Origin: Scyliorhinus canicula
Taxonomy: Eukaryota
Length of the DNA: 64,000 nt
Direction: 5' to 3'
Assembly: GCF_902713615.1 (NCBI RefSeq)
Contig: NC_052153.1
Location: 9,683,569-9,747,568, forward strand
Positions within the stretch are counted from its first letter, which is position 1. Each line of letters starts with the position of its first letter. The translations under genes were made by a program, and so were the position numbers. Below, piece after piece: positions 23,332 to 34,895 of the stretch. A model generated the notes under the pieces. That model had not been told where the DNA came from. It was given only the letters and a program-made list of their open reading frames with translations, and did not search any database.

Positions 23332-23544
23332 GGGCAGCACGGTGGCACAGTGGTTAGCATTGCTGCCTACGGCGCTGAGGACCCGGCCCTGGGTCACTGT
23401 CCGTGTGGAATTTGCACATTCTCCCCGTGTCTGCATGGGTTTCACCTCCACAACCCAAAAGATGTGCAGGATAGGTGGATTTGCCACTCTAAATTGCCCC
23501 TTAATTGGAAAAAATAATTGGGTACTCTAAATTTATTTTAAAAA
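23332..23544 (+). mobile_element. Short V-SINE with a 16-bp TSD spanning the SMC2 exon 6 donor
   Basis: TSD AATTATACATACCTCT at 23316-23331 and 23545-23560. Confidence 0.9.
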
Positions 23545-23556
23545 AATTATACATAC

Positions 23557-23601
23557 CTCTTTCAGTTTCTGAAGTGTTGGAGTAATTTCCTCTTCAAGAA
23601 T
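23557..23601 (-). CDS. SMC2: SMC2 coding exon 6
   Basis: ILEEEITPTLQKLKE; 45 nt; AG/GTATGT. Confidence 0.94.
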
Positions 23602-25707
23602 CTAAAATATAATAAAGTCCAGCAAAACAAAGTTAGAAGATTAAACAGAAGTGCTTTTTACCTTGATTCACAAATTAAAATACATAAAATGGAGTTGTTG
23701 CAACATCATTTTAAAAAGTCATGCCTAAAAATATTTATTTTGAACGTGGCCCTTCAAAATCAGTACAGAAATAATTTGTATATTCTATAGTATGCCATAA
23801 AATATATAACACTATAAAGCAACATGCACAAAATTCCAGAATTGTTAACATTTGCATTTGTCACAAACGACTTAACAACTGTTCAACAAATAAGTCTCAA
23901 AGTATTGTACTGGTTTCAGTGTTAAACATGTCCACTCATGTTAAACGTCTCCACGTATACAGCTTCTGAGTATTCTGTAGCAAAATTTTCTTTTAATTGA
24001 CTGGTACTATCCAGATGACCTACAACCCTCAAATTGCATAGACATCCAAAGACAACGCACCAACACTTTGTCTTATTAGGTAGCAGGGAACACGTGATAA
24101 GAACATTTATCGCAAGTGCAATTTCGTAACACTCCAGGCATTAATAAACTGCAACAAAAGATTTGTCGTTGTGGTCTTTTGCGAAGTTTTCTTTCCAAAA
24201 GAAAAATCACGTTTTATTTTTGGCATTCATGTTTATTGTGAATGCCAAAAAACGTGTTCATTTGAGAAAATCCAATTACACAGTGTGGCATGGGCCAATT
24301 TTGGAACTGGAGCAGGCTGGCTATACGGGTAATTGAGTGGGCATAATGAGTTGAGGGAATAAGTTCAGCCAGGGAAGATTTCCAAGTAAATGTGTAAATG
24401 TGTGCATATGGAGCAGGATTGCAATTTCAAAAGGGAGACAGGACAGCTGCAAGCAGCACTTTGACTGACGGTAGCCAAATTAAAGTTACACATGGAGGGA
24501 AAACCACAGCTAGGCTGACAAACATTACAATAACATACAATCTAACAACTTAACCATAAAGTCCTCTTAATAAAAAAAAGGTACAATTCCAAATCTTGAA
24601 TTTGTGAAATATTACACCTGCAAGAAACACAAGCTGGATCAGGGATGTGGAGGCAGCATGCAATTTACCTTAGGGAATGCTTTTTAGTAAAATACTCCAT
24701 GAAAGAGAATAGCCATAAATTCTCCCAGGCAAATAAGATGTCATCAATTGGTTTCCATGGGCTTCCTCATGCACCCATGTCAGAGAATATCAAATCTACC
24801 TGAAGCTTCTTTGGAGTTCCAGAATTCATGTAATCTACTGATCCCAAAATTCCAGCATGGTAGAAACCAATGTAGGAATTAATATTTATTCAGTAGCACA
24901 AATCACTGAACATAATGAAAACAGTGCTACAGAAAAAGCAACACTGGGGAATGATACTGAACTAAAAAGAATGGCATCCAGTCCCTTCTAAACCTGAATA
25001 GAATTGTTTAAATCCCAATATTCTTCCACCCTTGCATTGATTCTTGATGAGCATCAGCAAGCTGCCAGCACCTCACCCAATACAATAAGCTATTTAACTG
25101 CAGCGTGATCTTTATCTTACACATCACGCTCCCTCACAGATGGTATTGCCCAAATCAATATTTTTCCCTTTAGTTCAGAGAAGTGTTGATGTTAATTGTA
25201 ATAAAAAACAGAAAATGCTGGAAAAACTCAGCAGATCTGACAGCATCTGTGGAGAGTGAAGCAGAGTTAATCTTTAAAGTCCATGCGACTCTTCTTCAGA
25301 GCGGAGTACATACAGGAGAGTACGTTTCTGTATCTATTACAGATTGAGTAATATTTTCTTGTGGTTTTCTAATGGAAGACGACAGATTGTATCTTGCTGT
25401 TTCTCAACAGATTTGAAATTTACTCTTTCAAGAATTAATTAAAAATCAAATGAACCGTATAGCACAGTGGCTTCTGTGCATTAAGTAGTTTCATTTAGCA
25501 AGTTAAAAATCCTTGAATTCACTCTTGTGTTTTAAAACCAAGACGAGCACAGGACAAGCTCGGCAACTTACCATTGCCCCAAACCACTTACCATTAGTGC
25601 TCATTCAGAAGAAAATACTGAAATTTAAGTAATAACAGAAAATGCTGCAAAGACTGCACCAGTGACGCAACATCATTACATGCTGAGAGAACAGGAAACC
25701 AATTTAC

Positions 25708-25818
25708 CGTGTGAATTTCTTTCAGCTTAGCCTCCTTTTTCTCAATTGTTTTCTGGGCCGCTAACTTCTTGCACTCGTACATTCTGGTCCCTGCAGCTTC
25801 CTCAATCAAGGATAGGAT
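25708..25818 (-). CDS. SMC2: SMC2 coding exon 5
   Basis: [37 protein letters not shown]; 111 nt; AG/GT. Confidence 0.95.
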
Positions 25819-26122
25819 CTAAGGAAAAATAATAAAGAATTAACGCCTGCATTGCCCTTCAAACAGACTATTTCAAATCTACACACAACTGAATACTGAA
25901 GCTGCACACTACAAAATTTAATAAAACTGTTATAAAACAAGTGCGCTGGTCACATCATTAACAGCCTGTAAACCTGGGGTTGTGAACGTTATGCTAGGCA
26001 CCTGATATCCATTCTTTAACTGATTTCTATGAAAGCTTCTTTCTACAAAACTCTGAAACATGCATCCTTGACATGTCTGTCAAAGCCGCACATCTCAGCT
26101 GAACTTAAAAATGGAACACTTA

Positions 26123-26341
26123 GGGGCAGCACTGCGGCGCAGTGGTTAGCACTGCTGCCTCACATCACCGAAAACCCGGGTTCGATCCCGGCCCCGGGTC
26201 ACTGTCCGTCTGGAGTTTGCACATTCTCCCCGTGTCTGTGTGGGTTTCACCCCCCAAAAAGATGTGCAGGGTAGGTGGATTGGCCACGCTAAATTGCCTG
26301 ATTATTGGAAAAAAATTAATTCGGTACTCTAAATTATTTTT
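26123..26341 (+). mobile_element. Short V-SINE
   Basis: A/B boxes; flanking AAAATGGAACAC repeat. Confidence 0.82.
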
Positions 26342-27069
26342 AAAATGGAACACACTTAAGTTTTGTAACATTGAATCACCTTTGCACACAAATACAACTA
26401 TTAACAGCAACCACAAAAACAATGCAAGGTTGATTCTTAGGAACAGGAAGACAGAGCATATCTAAATACTTAATGTTGTGTGACAAATATGGATAGGACA
26501 ATGATACATAAAACAACTCCTCACACAAGTTCTCCATTTCACCTTTTCAATAGAGTATACATGATGGTGGGGTGGCTGGAGGTGTAGGAAAAAAACCTAA
26601 CTGCTGCAAGGTACTAGCTCAGTGGCTCTCAAGTACAGGAATTGGAATTCTATTCTGCATTTGCTGGCATTCTACTCTGCGTCAACAATCAATCATTTAG
26701 CATTCTAACAAGCTGGTATTGCCTTCTACTCTGCTGAATGAGGTACCAGAACTTTCTTTTTCATTCAGTTAAATAACTGGGTTCAGTTCAGTACAACAAC
26801 CGTGTACCAGTCCTATCTTCAGCTATATTCTTATTGGGATCATTTTTGCTTATAATCAAGTTCACGATTTTATAGTCCTTGGAACAGAAGTTCCTACTCC
26901 TGTAAATTGCTAGCAGTTCAGTTTTACAGGTACAACCTCTAGAACACAGGATCGGGGAGTAGCTCTCCAAAAAGAAGTATACGGTCAGGTCATTCAGGTC
27001 GGAACCACTATTCACATGGCCTATAGAGATAATTCATGACATCAGGCGTCAGATACAAACTATACTTAC

Positions 27070-27108
27070 CTCCGGAGGCTTCATATTCAGAACTTTAGTG
27101 ATGCGGCC
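27070..27108 (-). CDS. SMC2: SMC2 coding exon 4
   Basis: GRITKVLNMKPPE; 39 nt; AG/GTAAGT. Confidence 0.95.
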
Positions 27109-27318
27109 CTAAAAACAAAATCAATTTTATTATAAAAAAACACTACAGTCTCTATAAAAAGTGGAACAAGCATAATGGCTTTCAATTAAAATGGTGACAC
27201 TTTTTCTTTAATACTATTTGTTTGAGTAAGCTCATTGAAACAAATATTTCAAATGGAAATACATAAATGTCTAGCTCTAAGAACAGGTGCAAAAGCACCT
27301 GAATTATTAGGTACAAAC

Positions 27319-27441
27319 CTGCATGATAAGGAAGTGTGGATTGTTGACGTTTAGACCAATTGAACAGAAGAGATCTTGCACTCTGGTATTGTTTGCATTC
27401 ACACCATTAATTAAGTACTTGTTTCTCCCACCAATTACCAC
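27319..27441 (-). CDS. SMC2: SMC2 coding exon 3
   Basis: [41 protein letters not shown]; 123 nt; AG/GT. Confidence 0.96.
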
Positions 27442-27800
27442 CTGAAAAATAAATTGCATTCATATTGCCAGCTGTTTAAAATCAGAATTTTAAAAGTTTT
27501 GATTTTAATTGGCTTAGAAGTACAGCTGAATACAGCGTAGAAATAGTTCTCCGGAAAACCTGTGCAAACTCCCTCAATCTTTTACAAAAATCACAGTGAC
27601 TAGAATGATGAATTCCTCAAACAATTGAACCAGCCACATTCCATTTAATCATTGAAACATCAATTGAAATGAAAACGTGATGTTCTTCTTTCAATGGGTT
27701 GTGCGATCTCTCAACCGGGAAATTTATCTTAATTAGGACTCCTTGCAGAACACAGTTTGGAAGAATGATACTTAATACACTTTTAAGAATGGCGGCTATA

Positions 27801-28021
27801 GGGCAGCACGGTGGCACAGTGGTTAGCATTGCTGCCTACGGCGCTGAGGACCCGGGTTCGAATCCTGGCTCTGGGTTACTGTCCGTGTGGAGTTTGCACA
27901 TTCTCCCCGTGTCTGCGTGGGTTTCACCCCCACAACCCAAAAAATGTGCAGGATAGGTGGATTGACCACGCTAAATTGCCCCTTAATTGGAAAAATATAA
28001 TTGGGTACTCTAAATTTAAAA
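27801..28021 (+). mobile_element. Short V-SINE
   Basis: A/B boxes; flanking AAGAATGGC repeat. Confidence 0.82.
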
Positions 28022-28394
28022 AAGAATGGCTTCTATCACTGCTTCTTAAGCTACAGTCTGCAGACTTCTTGGGGACCAGGGCACAACGTGAAAGTGCATG
28101 CTGGGAGATGGGGTGGAGTGTGGCTCCTGCATCTTTTTTTATTCTTTCATGGGATGCAACTGTCATTGGCAAAGCCAGCATTTGCTGCCCACCCCTATTT
28201 ACACGATACGGTGGTGGCCTTCTTGAACCACTGCTACGTGGTGTAGGTATACCCAGTGTCTTCAGGGAATGTTCCAGGATTTTGAGCCAGCGAGTGAAAA
28301 AGTATATATCTTTCCAAATCAGGATGATGTGTGACTTAGAGGGGAAAATGCAGGCACGGTGTTACCATCAGTCTGCTGTTCATGTCATTCTATG

Positions 28395-28860
28395 ATGTGG
28401 AGATGCCGGCGTTGGACTGGGGGGAGCACAGTAAGAAGTCTTACAACACCAGGTTAAAGTCCAACAGGTTTGTTTCCAACACGAGCTTTCGGAGCACTGC
28501 TCCTTCCTCAGGTGAATGAAGAGATATGTTCCAGAAATATATATATATATAGACAAAGTCAAAGACGCCAGACAATGCTTGGAATGCGAGCATTGGCAGG
28601 TAATCAAATCTTTACAGATCCAGAGATAGGGGTAATCCCAGGTTAAAGAGGTGTGAATTGTCTCAAACCAGGACAGTTGGTAGGATTTTGCAAGTCCAGG
28701 CCAGATGGTGGGGGTGAATGTAATGCGACATGAATCCAAGATCCCGGTTGAGGCCGCACTCATGCGTTCGGAACTTGGCTATAAGTTTCTGCTCGGCAAT
28801 TCTGCGTTGTCGCGTGTCACCTTCTCCAAGGCGGCCTTCAGGACACGCTACAACGCAGAA
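28395..28860 (-). mobile_element. Penelope-like element 3' fragment (GIY-YIG C-terminus and pseudo-LTR)
   Basis: RRIAEQKLIAKFRTHECGLNRDLG followed by a pLTR carrying a hammerhead motif. Confidence 0.85.
28480..28514 (-). ncRNA. Minimal type I hammerhead ribozyme
   Basis: CAC-CUGAGGA-A-GGAGC(AGU)GCUCC-GAAA-GC-UC-GUG; intact core, stem II, palindromic stem III AGCU. Confidence 0.82.
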
Positions 28861-29546
28861 TTCGATCAAGCAGGCTGCTTTGACCTAGATGATGTGAGCT
28901 TCCCGAGTATTGTCAGAACTGCACTCATCCAGGCAAGTGAAGAATATTTCTTTATACTCCTGACGTGGCTTTTAGATGGTGCACTGGTTTGGGGATTCAG
29001 CAGGTGAGTTACTTGCTGCAGGATTCACAGCCTCTTACCAACTCTCATAGCAGCAGTATTTATATGGCAGGTCCAGTTCAGTTTCTGGTCAAAGGTAACC
29101 CCAGGATATTATTAGTGGAGGATTTAGTGATGGCAATGCCATTGAATGTCATGGGGAAATGGTTACATTATTTCTTGTTGGAGATTGCCATTGCCTGGCA
29201 CTTGTGATGAGAGTGTCACTTGTGAATGGTACCAAACACTGTGCAATCAGTAAACATTCCCATTTCTGAGCTTCGGAAGGTCATTGATGAGGCAGCTGAT
29301 GATGGTTGGACCTTGGTCATTACCCAGAGGACCTCAATCAGTGATGTCCCAGGGCTGATAGTGTTCCAAAAATCACTAAATATGACTCCAACCAGACTGG
29401 AGTTCCAAAGAAAAGTTGATGTTAACTCTGTTTCTCTCCACAGATGGTGCCAGGCCTACTGAGTTTATCCAGCATTTTCTTTTTTTATAACAAGTATCCT
29501 TTGTCTGGCAGATAAACCGTTGTGCAAAATTTGGTTCCCGAACCAG

Positions 29547-30211
29547 GGGCAAAATTCTCCCCTACCCGGCGGGGGCGTAGCGGAGTGGCGCCAACCACTC
29601 TGGCACCAGGCCTCCCCAAAGGTGCGGAGATTCCGCACTTTAGGGGCTAGGGCCGCGCCAGAGTGGCTCCCGTTCCGCCGACTGGCGCAAACGGCCTTTG
29701 GCGCAACGCCGCCTGGCATCAGGGCTGGCCGAAAGGCCTTCGCCGGTCGGCGCGAGTCCGCGCATGCGCTGGAGTGTCAGTGGCTGCTGACTTCACCACC
29801 GGCGCATGCGCGGTGGAGGGGGGCTTTTCTGCCTCCGCCATGGTGGAGGCCGTGGCGGAAGAAAAAGAGTGCCTCGATCGCGGGTCAGGCCACCGTGGGG
29901 GCACCCCCCAGGGTCCAATCGCCCGGTGCCGTGCCGCCCCCCCCCCCCCCCCAGGGGCCCGCTCCGCCACCAATCCCGCCGGCACAGAGGTGGTTTAAAC
30001 CACGTCGGCGGGAGGCCTGACAGCGGCGGGACTTCGGCCCATTGTGGGCCGGGAGAATCGCTGCCGGGGGGGGGGGGGGGCACACGCCGATCTGCGGGGC
30101 GTGATTCCCGCTCCCGACGATTCCCGGGTGGCAGAGAATTCCGGCCACGGCGGGATTTACGCCGGGCCCGGGCGATTCCCCGACCCTGCAGGGGGTCGGA
30201 GAATTCCACCC
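29547..30211. mobile_element. CpG-rich MITE, PIF/Harbinger-like (second copy)
   Basis: TIRs GGGCAAAATTCTCC / GGAGAATTCCACCC; 3-bp TSD CAG. Confidence 0.8.
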
Positions 30212-30489
30212 CAGGAATCTAAAGCAGGCTGCAGAGCTGAGTGCGCCAAATCCTAAACACTAGGCTGTAGGGCTATGGAATATAAAATGGATTTCATTCC
30301 AAACCAAAAGCACAATGGGGAACAAAAGGAAAAAAAAGAGGAGAGGGTGAAGAGGATGTGTTGCTGAAATCTTACTAACAATTCAATGTTTAATCTCACA
30401 CAGTTCCTAAAAATACCTTTCAATAGACTCACTAAGTTTTCATGTCAACATTGTGGAATTTTAAGCACAATAAGAACATTGAAGAGCAC

Positions 30490-30639
30490 CTGTCTTGAAA
30501 CTGTAATTTCATCATGTGTCTCAAAGCCCAGAGGACTTTGTTTTTTGTCAGAGTTATCAAAGGTAATTGAGACAGTGGCTTTTGTAATCCCGGCTTGTCC
30601 ATTTTTGTAGACCAAATCTTGAAGATTACTAGCTCGCAC
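30490..30639 (-). CDS. SMC2: SMC2 coding exon 2
   Basis: [50 protein letters not shown]; 150 nt; AG/GT boundaries. Confidence 0.96.
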
Positions 30640-31589
30640 CTAACAGCGAGGAACAAAAGAAAGTTAACGTCAATGAAAGTTTCAGCATAAAAACACTTTC
30701 AGTATTATATTGCGATCTGATGTAATAGCAGTGTTCAAATAGCATCTAAAATTTACTCAAGTCAGTCAACGGATCGTGGTTTTCCTGAACCCCTTGATCT
30801 CTCACGGTCGATGCTAGTTAGTGACCAGTGACAGTACCTGATACAGCTCGGCCCTCATCACTGACCCCCACCCCGCAGTCTCACTGACCCAGGGCAAACA
30901 CTACCCCACCTCAATGACCCGGGACAGCTTCTTCCCTCACCAACCTCAAACGACACTACCCCCAAGTGGCCTTTTGTAAAATTAATTTATGGGAAGTGGG
31001 CATCGCTGGTTAAGCCAGCATTTATTGCTCATCCTAGTTGCCCTTCAGGTGTGGTGAGTTGGCTTCTTGAACCGCTACAGTCCGATGTGTAGATACACCC
31101 AATGTGCTGTTAGGGAGAGAGCTCCAGAATTTTACCCCAGCGACAGCAAAGGAACAACGATATATTTCCAAGTCAAGGTGGTGAGTGACTTGGCGGGGAA
31201 CCTCCAAGTGGTGGGTTCCCAGATATCTGCTGCTCTTGTCCTTCTGGATGGTAGCGGTCATAGGTTTGGAAGGTGCTGCCAAAGGACCCTTGGTGAGTTC
31301 CTGCAGTGCATCTTGTAGATGATACACATGACTGCCACTGGTCCTCGGCGGTGAGGGTTTGAATGTTTGTGGAAGGAGGAGCAATGAAGTGGATTCGCAG
31401 AGGAAACATCCCACAATCACGAACAGACACAGCAGATCCCACACAACTACTCTCACCTTGACCCATCTCTGCCACCCCTCCCAGTGCCGCCCCACCTTCC
31501 CACCACGGCTCAGACCACTGCCACCCCCATCCCCTCACCCCGATTCTGTCCAAACCCCAACCCCATCTCTCCCTCTCCATCCCCCTCCC

Positions 31590-32953
31590 CCCCACATCTC
31601 CCTCTTCTTCCCCCCCATTATCACCCTTTCTCTCTCCCCCCTCCCATTATCACCCTTTCTCTCTCCCCCTCCCCTCATCACCCTTTCTCTCTCCCCCTCC
31701 CCTCCCATTATCACCCTTTCTCTCTCCCCCCATCAATCACTCCCCCCCATCACTCTCTCTCTCCCCCATCACTCTCCCTCTCCCCCCCCCATCACTCTCC
31801 CTCTCCCCCCCCATCACTCTCCCTCTCCCCCCCATCACTCTCCCTCTCCCCCCCATCACTCTCCCTCTCCCCCCCCATCACTCTCCCTCTCCCCCCATCA
31901 CTCGCCTCTCCCCCCATCCCCTCTCCCCAGCCTCCCTCCCGCCCCCCAGCACTCCCTCTCCACCCCCATCCTCTCCCTCTCCCTCCCCATCACTCTCCCC
32001 TCCTCCCCCCCCATCCTCTCCCTCTCCCCCCCCCATCACTCCTCCCTCTCCCCCCCCCCATCACTCTCCTCTCCCCCCCCCAATCTCCCTCTCCACTCCC
32101 CCCCCATCACCCTCCCTCTCCCCCCCAGCACCCCCTCTCCCCCACCCCATCACTCGCCCTCTCTCCCCCCACATCACTCTCCCTCGCCCCACCCATCACT
32201 CTCCCTCTCCCCCCCCATCACTCTGCCCCCCCCATCACGCTCCCCTCCCCCCCCATCACTCTCCCCCCTCCCCCCCCCTCACTCTCCCTCCCCCCCCCCC
32301 CATCACTCTCCTCTCCCCCCCCCATCACTCTCCCTCTCCCCCCATCACTCTCCCTCCCCCCCCATCACTCTCCCTCTTCCCCCCCATCCCCCTCCCTCTC
32401 CCCCCCCTCACTCTCCCTCTTCGTCCCCCCCCCCCCCCCATCACTCTCCCTCTCCCCCCACCCATCACTCTCCCCTCTCCCCCCCCCATCACTCTCCCTC
32501 TCCTCTCCCCCATCACTCTCCCTCTCCTCTCCCCCCATCACTCTCCCTCCCCCCCCCCATTACTCTCCCTCTCCCCCCCATCACTCTCCCTCCCCCCCCC
32601 CCATCACTCTCCCTCGCCCCCCCCCCCATCAAGCTCCCCCCCCCCCCAGCACTTCCCTCTCCCCCCCATACTCTCTCCTCTCCCCATCCCCAAACCCATC
32701 ACTCTTCCCTCTCCCCCCCATCACTCTCCCTCTCCCCCCCATCACTCTCCCTCTCTCCCCGTCACTCTCCCTCTCCTCCCCCCCCATCACTCTCCCTCCT
32801 CCTCCCCCCCCATCACTCTCCCTCTTCCCCCCCCATCACTCTCCCTCTTCCCCCCCCCCCCATCACTCTCCCTCTTCCCCCCCCCCCCCCATCACTCTCC
32901 CCTCCCCCCCCCCCCCCCCCCATCACTCTCCCTCTCCCTCCCCCCCCCCCCCA
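31590..32953. repeat. C/T-rich minisatellite, variable (CCCCCATCACTCTCCCTCT)n
   Basis: Dozens of CATCACTCTCCC cores separated by C runs; abuts the SMC2 exon 1 donor. Confidence 0.95.
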
Positions 32954-32961
32954 TATCGGAC

Positions 32962-33129
32962 CTGGGACAGGTTACTGATGCCCAGCAGAAAGCAGATGGA
33001 GTCCAGGATGTTGGATTTGCCGCTGCCGTTGAGGCCGGTAATGGCGTTGAAGAGCGGGTCGAAGCCGTTAATCTCCGTCCTCTGCGCGTACGACTTGAAG
33101 CCGTCGATGATGATGGATCTGATGTACAT
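32962..33129 (-). CDS. SMC2: SMC2 coding exon 1 (N-terminal ATPase head, Walker A)
   Basis: [56 protein letters not shown]; 168 nt; GT donor at 32961-32960. Confidence 0.97.
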
Positions 33130-33500
33130 GTTGCCCGGGCGGGTGGGGTTCAGTCCCGGCCTCCTGCCCAGCGGCAGCGATCAGCCGCCCGCGCTCCGCC
33201 CAACCGTTTGAATTTTGGCGCCAACCGCCGGCACTCTGCTCAATGTCTGGGCAACAGCTTCACACTCGCCGCGAACCGGCGATTTTAAAGGGAATGCCCC
33301 GACTGCAGCGCCGAGGAATTATCGCACTTGCGAGCGGTCTGCGTGGCTCTCAGAACAACGACCGATTCCCCGTTCAACGGCGGCTAAATCCAAGTTGTTG
33401 GAGTTTCTGTGACGGCGGCGTCCTGGCGCCGCCCGATGACGTCGCCGGAAAGGGGCGGGGCCCGCCAGCTCCTCTTAAAGGGGCCGCGTCCTCACAGGGA
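33130..33500 (-). promoter_or_regulatory. SMC2 CpG-island promoter with CHR, E2F, CRE-like, ETS and GC boxes
   Basis: CpG-rich; TTTGAA 33207-33212 abutting TTTTGGCGCCAA 33213-33224; TGACGTCG 33437-33444; CCGGAA 33445-33450; GGGGCGGGG 33452-33460. Confidence 0.75.
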
Positions 33501-34061
33501 ATCCCCCCAGGGCAGAAGGAGGCCATTCGGCCACTGGAGTCTGCACCGACCCTCATGGCTGGCTGAGTGGGCACATGCTTGGCCAATGCAATATAATGTG
33601 GGTAAATGTGAGGTTATCCACTTTGGTGGCATAAAACAGGAAGGCAGACTATTATCTGAGTGGTGGCAGTTTAGGAAAAGGGGAAGTGCAACGAGAACTG
33701 GTGTCATGGTGGAACAGTCGCTGAAGGTTGGCATGCAGGTACAGCAGTCGGTGAGGAAAGCTAATGGCATGCTGGCCTTCATAGCAAGGAGAATGGAGTA
33801 TAAGAGTACGGATGTCTTGCTGCACTTATACAAGGCCTTGGTGAGGCCACACCTTGAGTATCGTGTGCAGTTTTGGTCTCCTCGTTTGAGGAAGGACATT
33901 CTTGCTGTTGAGGGTGTCCGGTGAGCGGTCACCAGACTAATTCCCGGGATGGCAGGACTGACATGTGAATGGAAACATAAAATCCTGATGGGTCTGATGC
34001 GAGAAGAATGTTGCGATGTTGGAGACGTCCAGAATTAGGGGTCACAGCCTAAGAATAAGGG

Positions 34062-34258
34062 TAAAGTCCAACAGGTTTGTTTCAAACACTAGCTTTCGGA
34101 GCACTGCTCCTTCCTCAGGAGAAGGAGCAGTCCTCCTTCACCTGAGGAAGGAGCTGCGCTCCGAAAGTTAGTGTTTGAAACAAACCTGTTGGACTTTAAC
34201 CTGGTGTTGGAAGACTTCTTACTGTGCTCACCCCAGTCCAACGCCGGCATCTCCACAT
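34062..34258. mobile_element. Fold-back Penelope pseudo-LTR with hammerhead motifs on both strands
   Basis: Inverted arms; flanking direct repeat TAAGAATAAGGG. Confidence 0.82.
34139..34173 (+). ncRNA. Minimal hammerhead ribozyme motif
   Basis: CAC-CUGAGGA-A-GGAGC(UGC)GCUCC-GAAA-GU-UA-GUG. Confidence 0.7.
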
Positions 34259-34895
34259 TAAGAATAAGGGGTAAGCCATTCAGGACCGTGATGAGGAAGA
34301 ATCTCTTCTCCCAGAGAATTGCAAACTTGTGGGAATTCTCTACCACAGAAAGCTGTCGGGGCCAGTTCTTTGGATATATTCAAGAGGGAGCTGGACGTGG
34401 CCCTTGTGGCTAAAGGGATCAAGGGGTATGGAGAGAAAGCGGGAGTCAGATACTGAATTTCCATGATCATATTGAATGGATGTCCAGGCTCAAAGGGCCG
34501 AATGGCCTACACCTGCACCTATTTTCTATGTTTCTATCCTTGGACACAAGGGGCAATTTAGCATGGCCAATCCATCTATCCTGCACATCTTTGGCCTGTG
34601 GGTGGAAACCGGAGCACCCGGAGGAAACACACTCAGAAAAGGGGAGAACGTGCAAACTCCACACAGACATGACACGCAGGAGTGTCACAATTACCTATGG
34701 TTTGTCCTCGAACAAAACCAAGATGTTCGGATGGGGAAGCACCGAGCACTGCGAGAGACATTGCCAGGAACATACAGAGGTGCCCGAGAGAGGGCAAATA
34801 AAACACTAAAAGCATCCCATCTGCCCAGCCTTCCAAAGCACCAACAACCACCCTGCATATGGCAGAGTCTGCAGATCACCCATTGGGCTTACTCA

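Larger units (their letters stand above)
33553..34520 (+). mobile_element. CR1 3' fragment next to the SMC2 promoter (interrupted by a Penelope piece)
   Basis: WPMQYNVGKCEVIHFG...LYKALVRPHLEY.VQFWSP; 3' hairpin GGGCCGAATGGCC and TTCTATG tail. Confidence 0.85.

Noticed and set aside
31359-33211. 539-aa and 575-aa Pro/Ser/His-rich ORFs
   Set aside because: Translations of a C-rich minisatellite that lacks stop codons, antisense to SMC2 intron 1 and exon 1.
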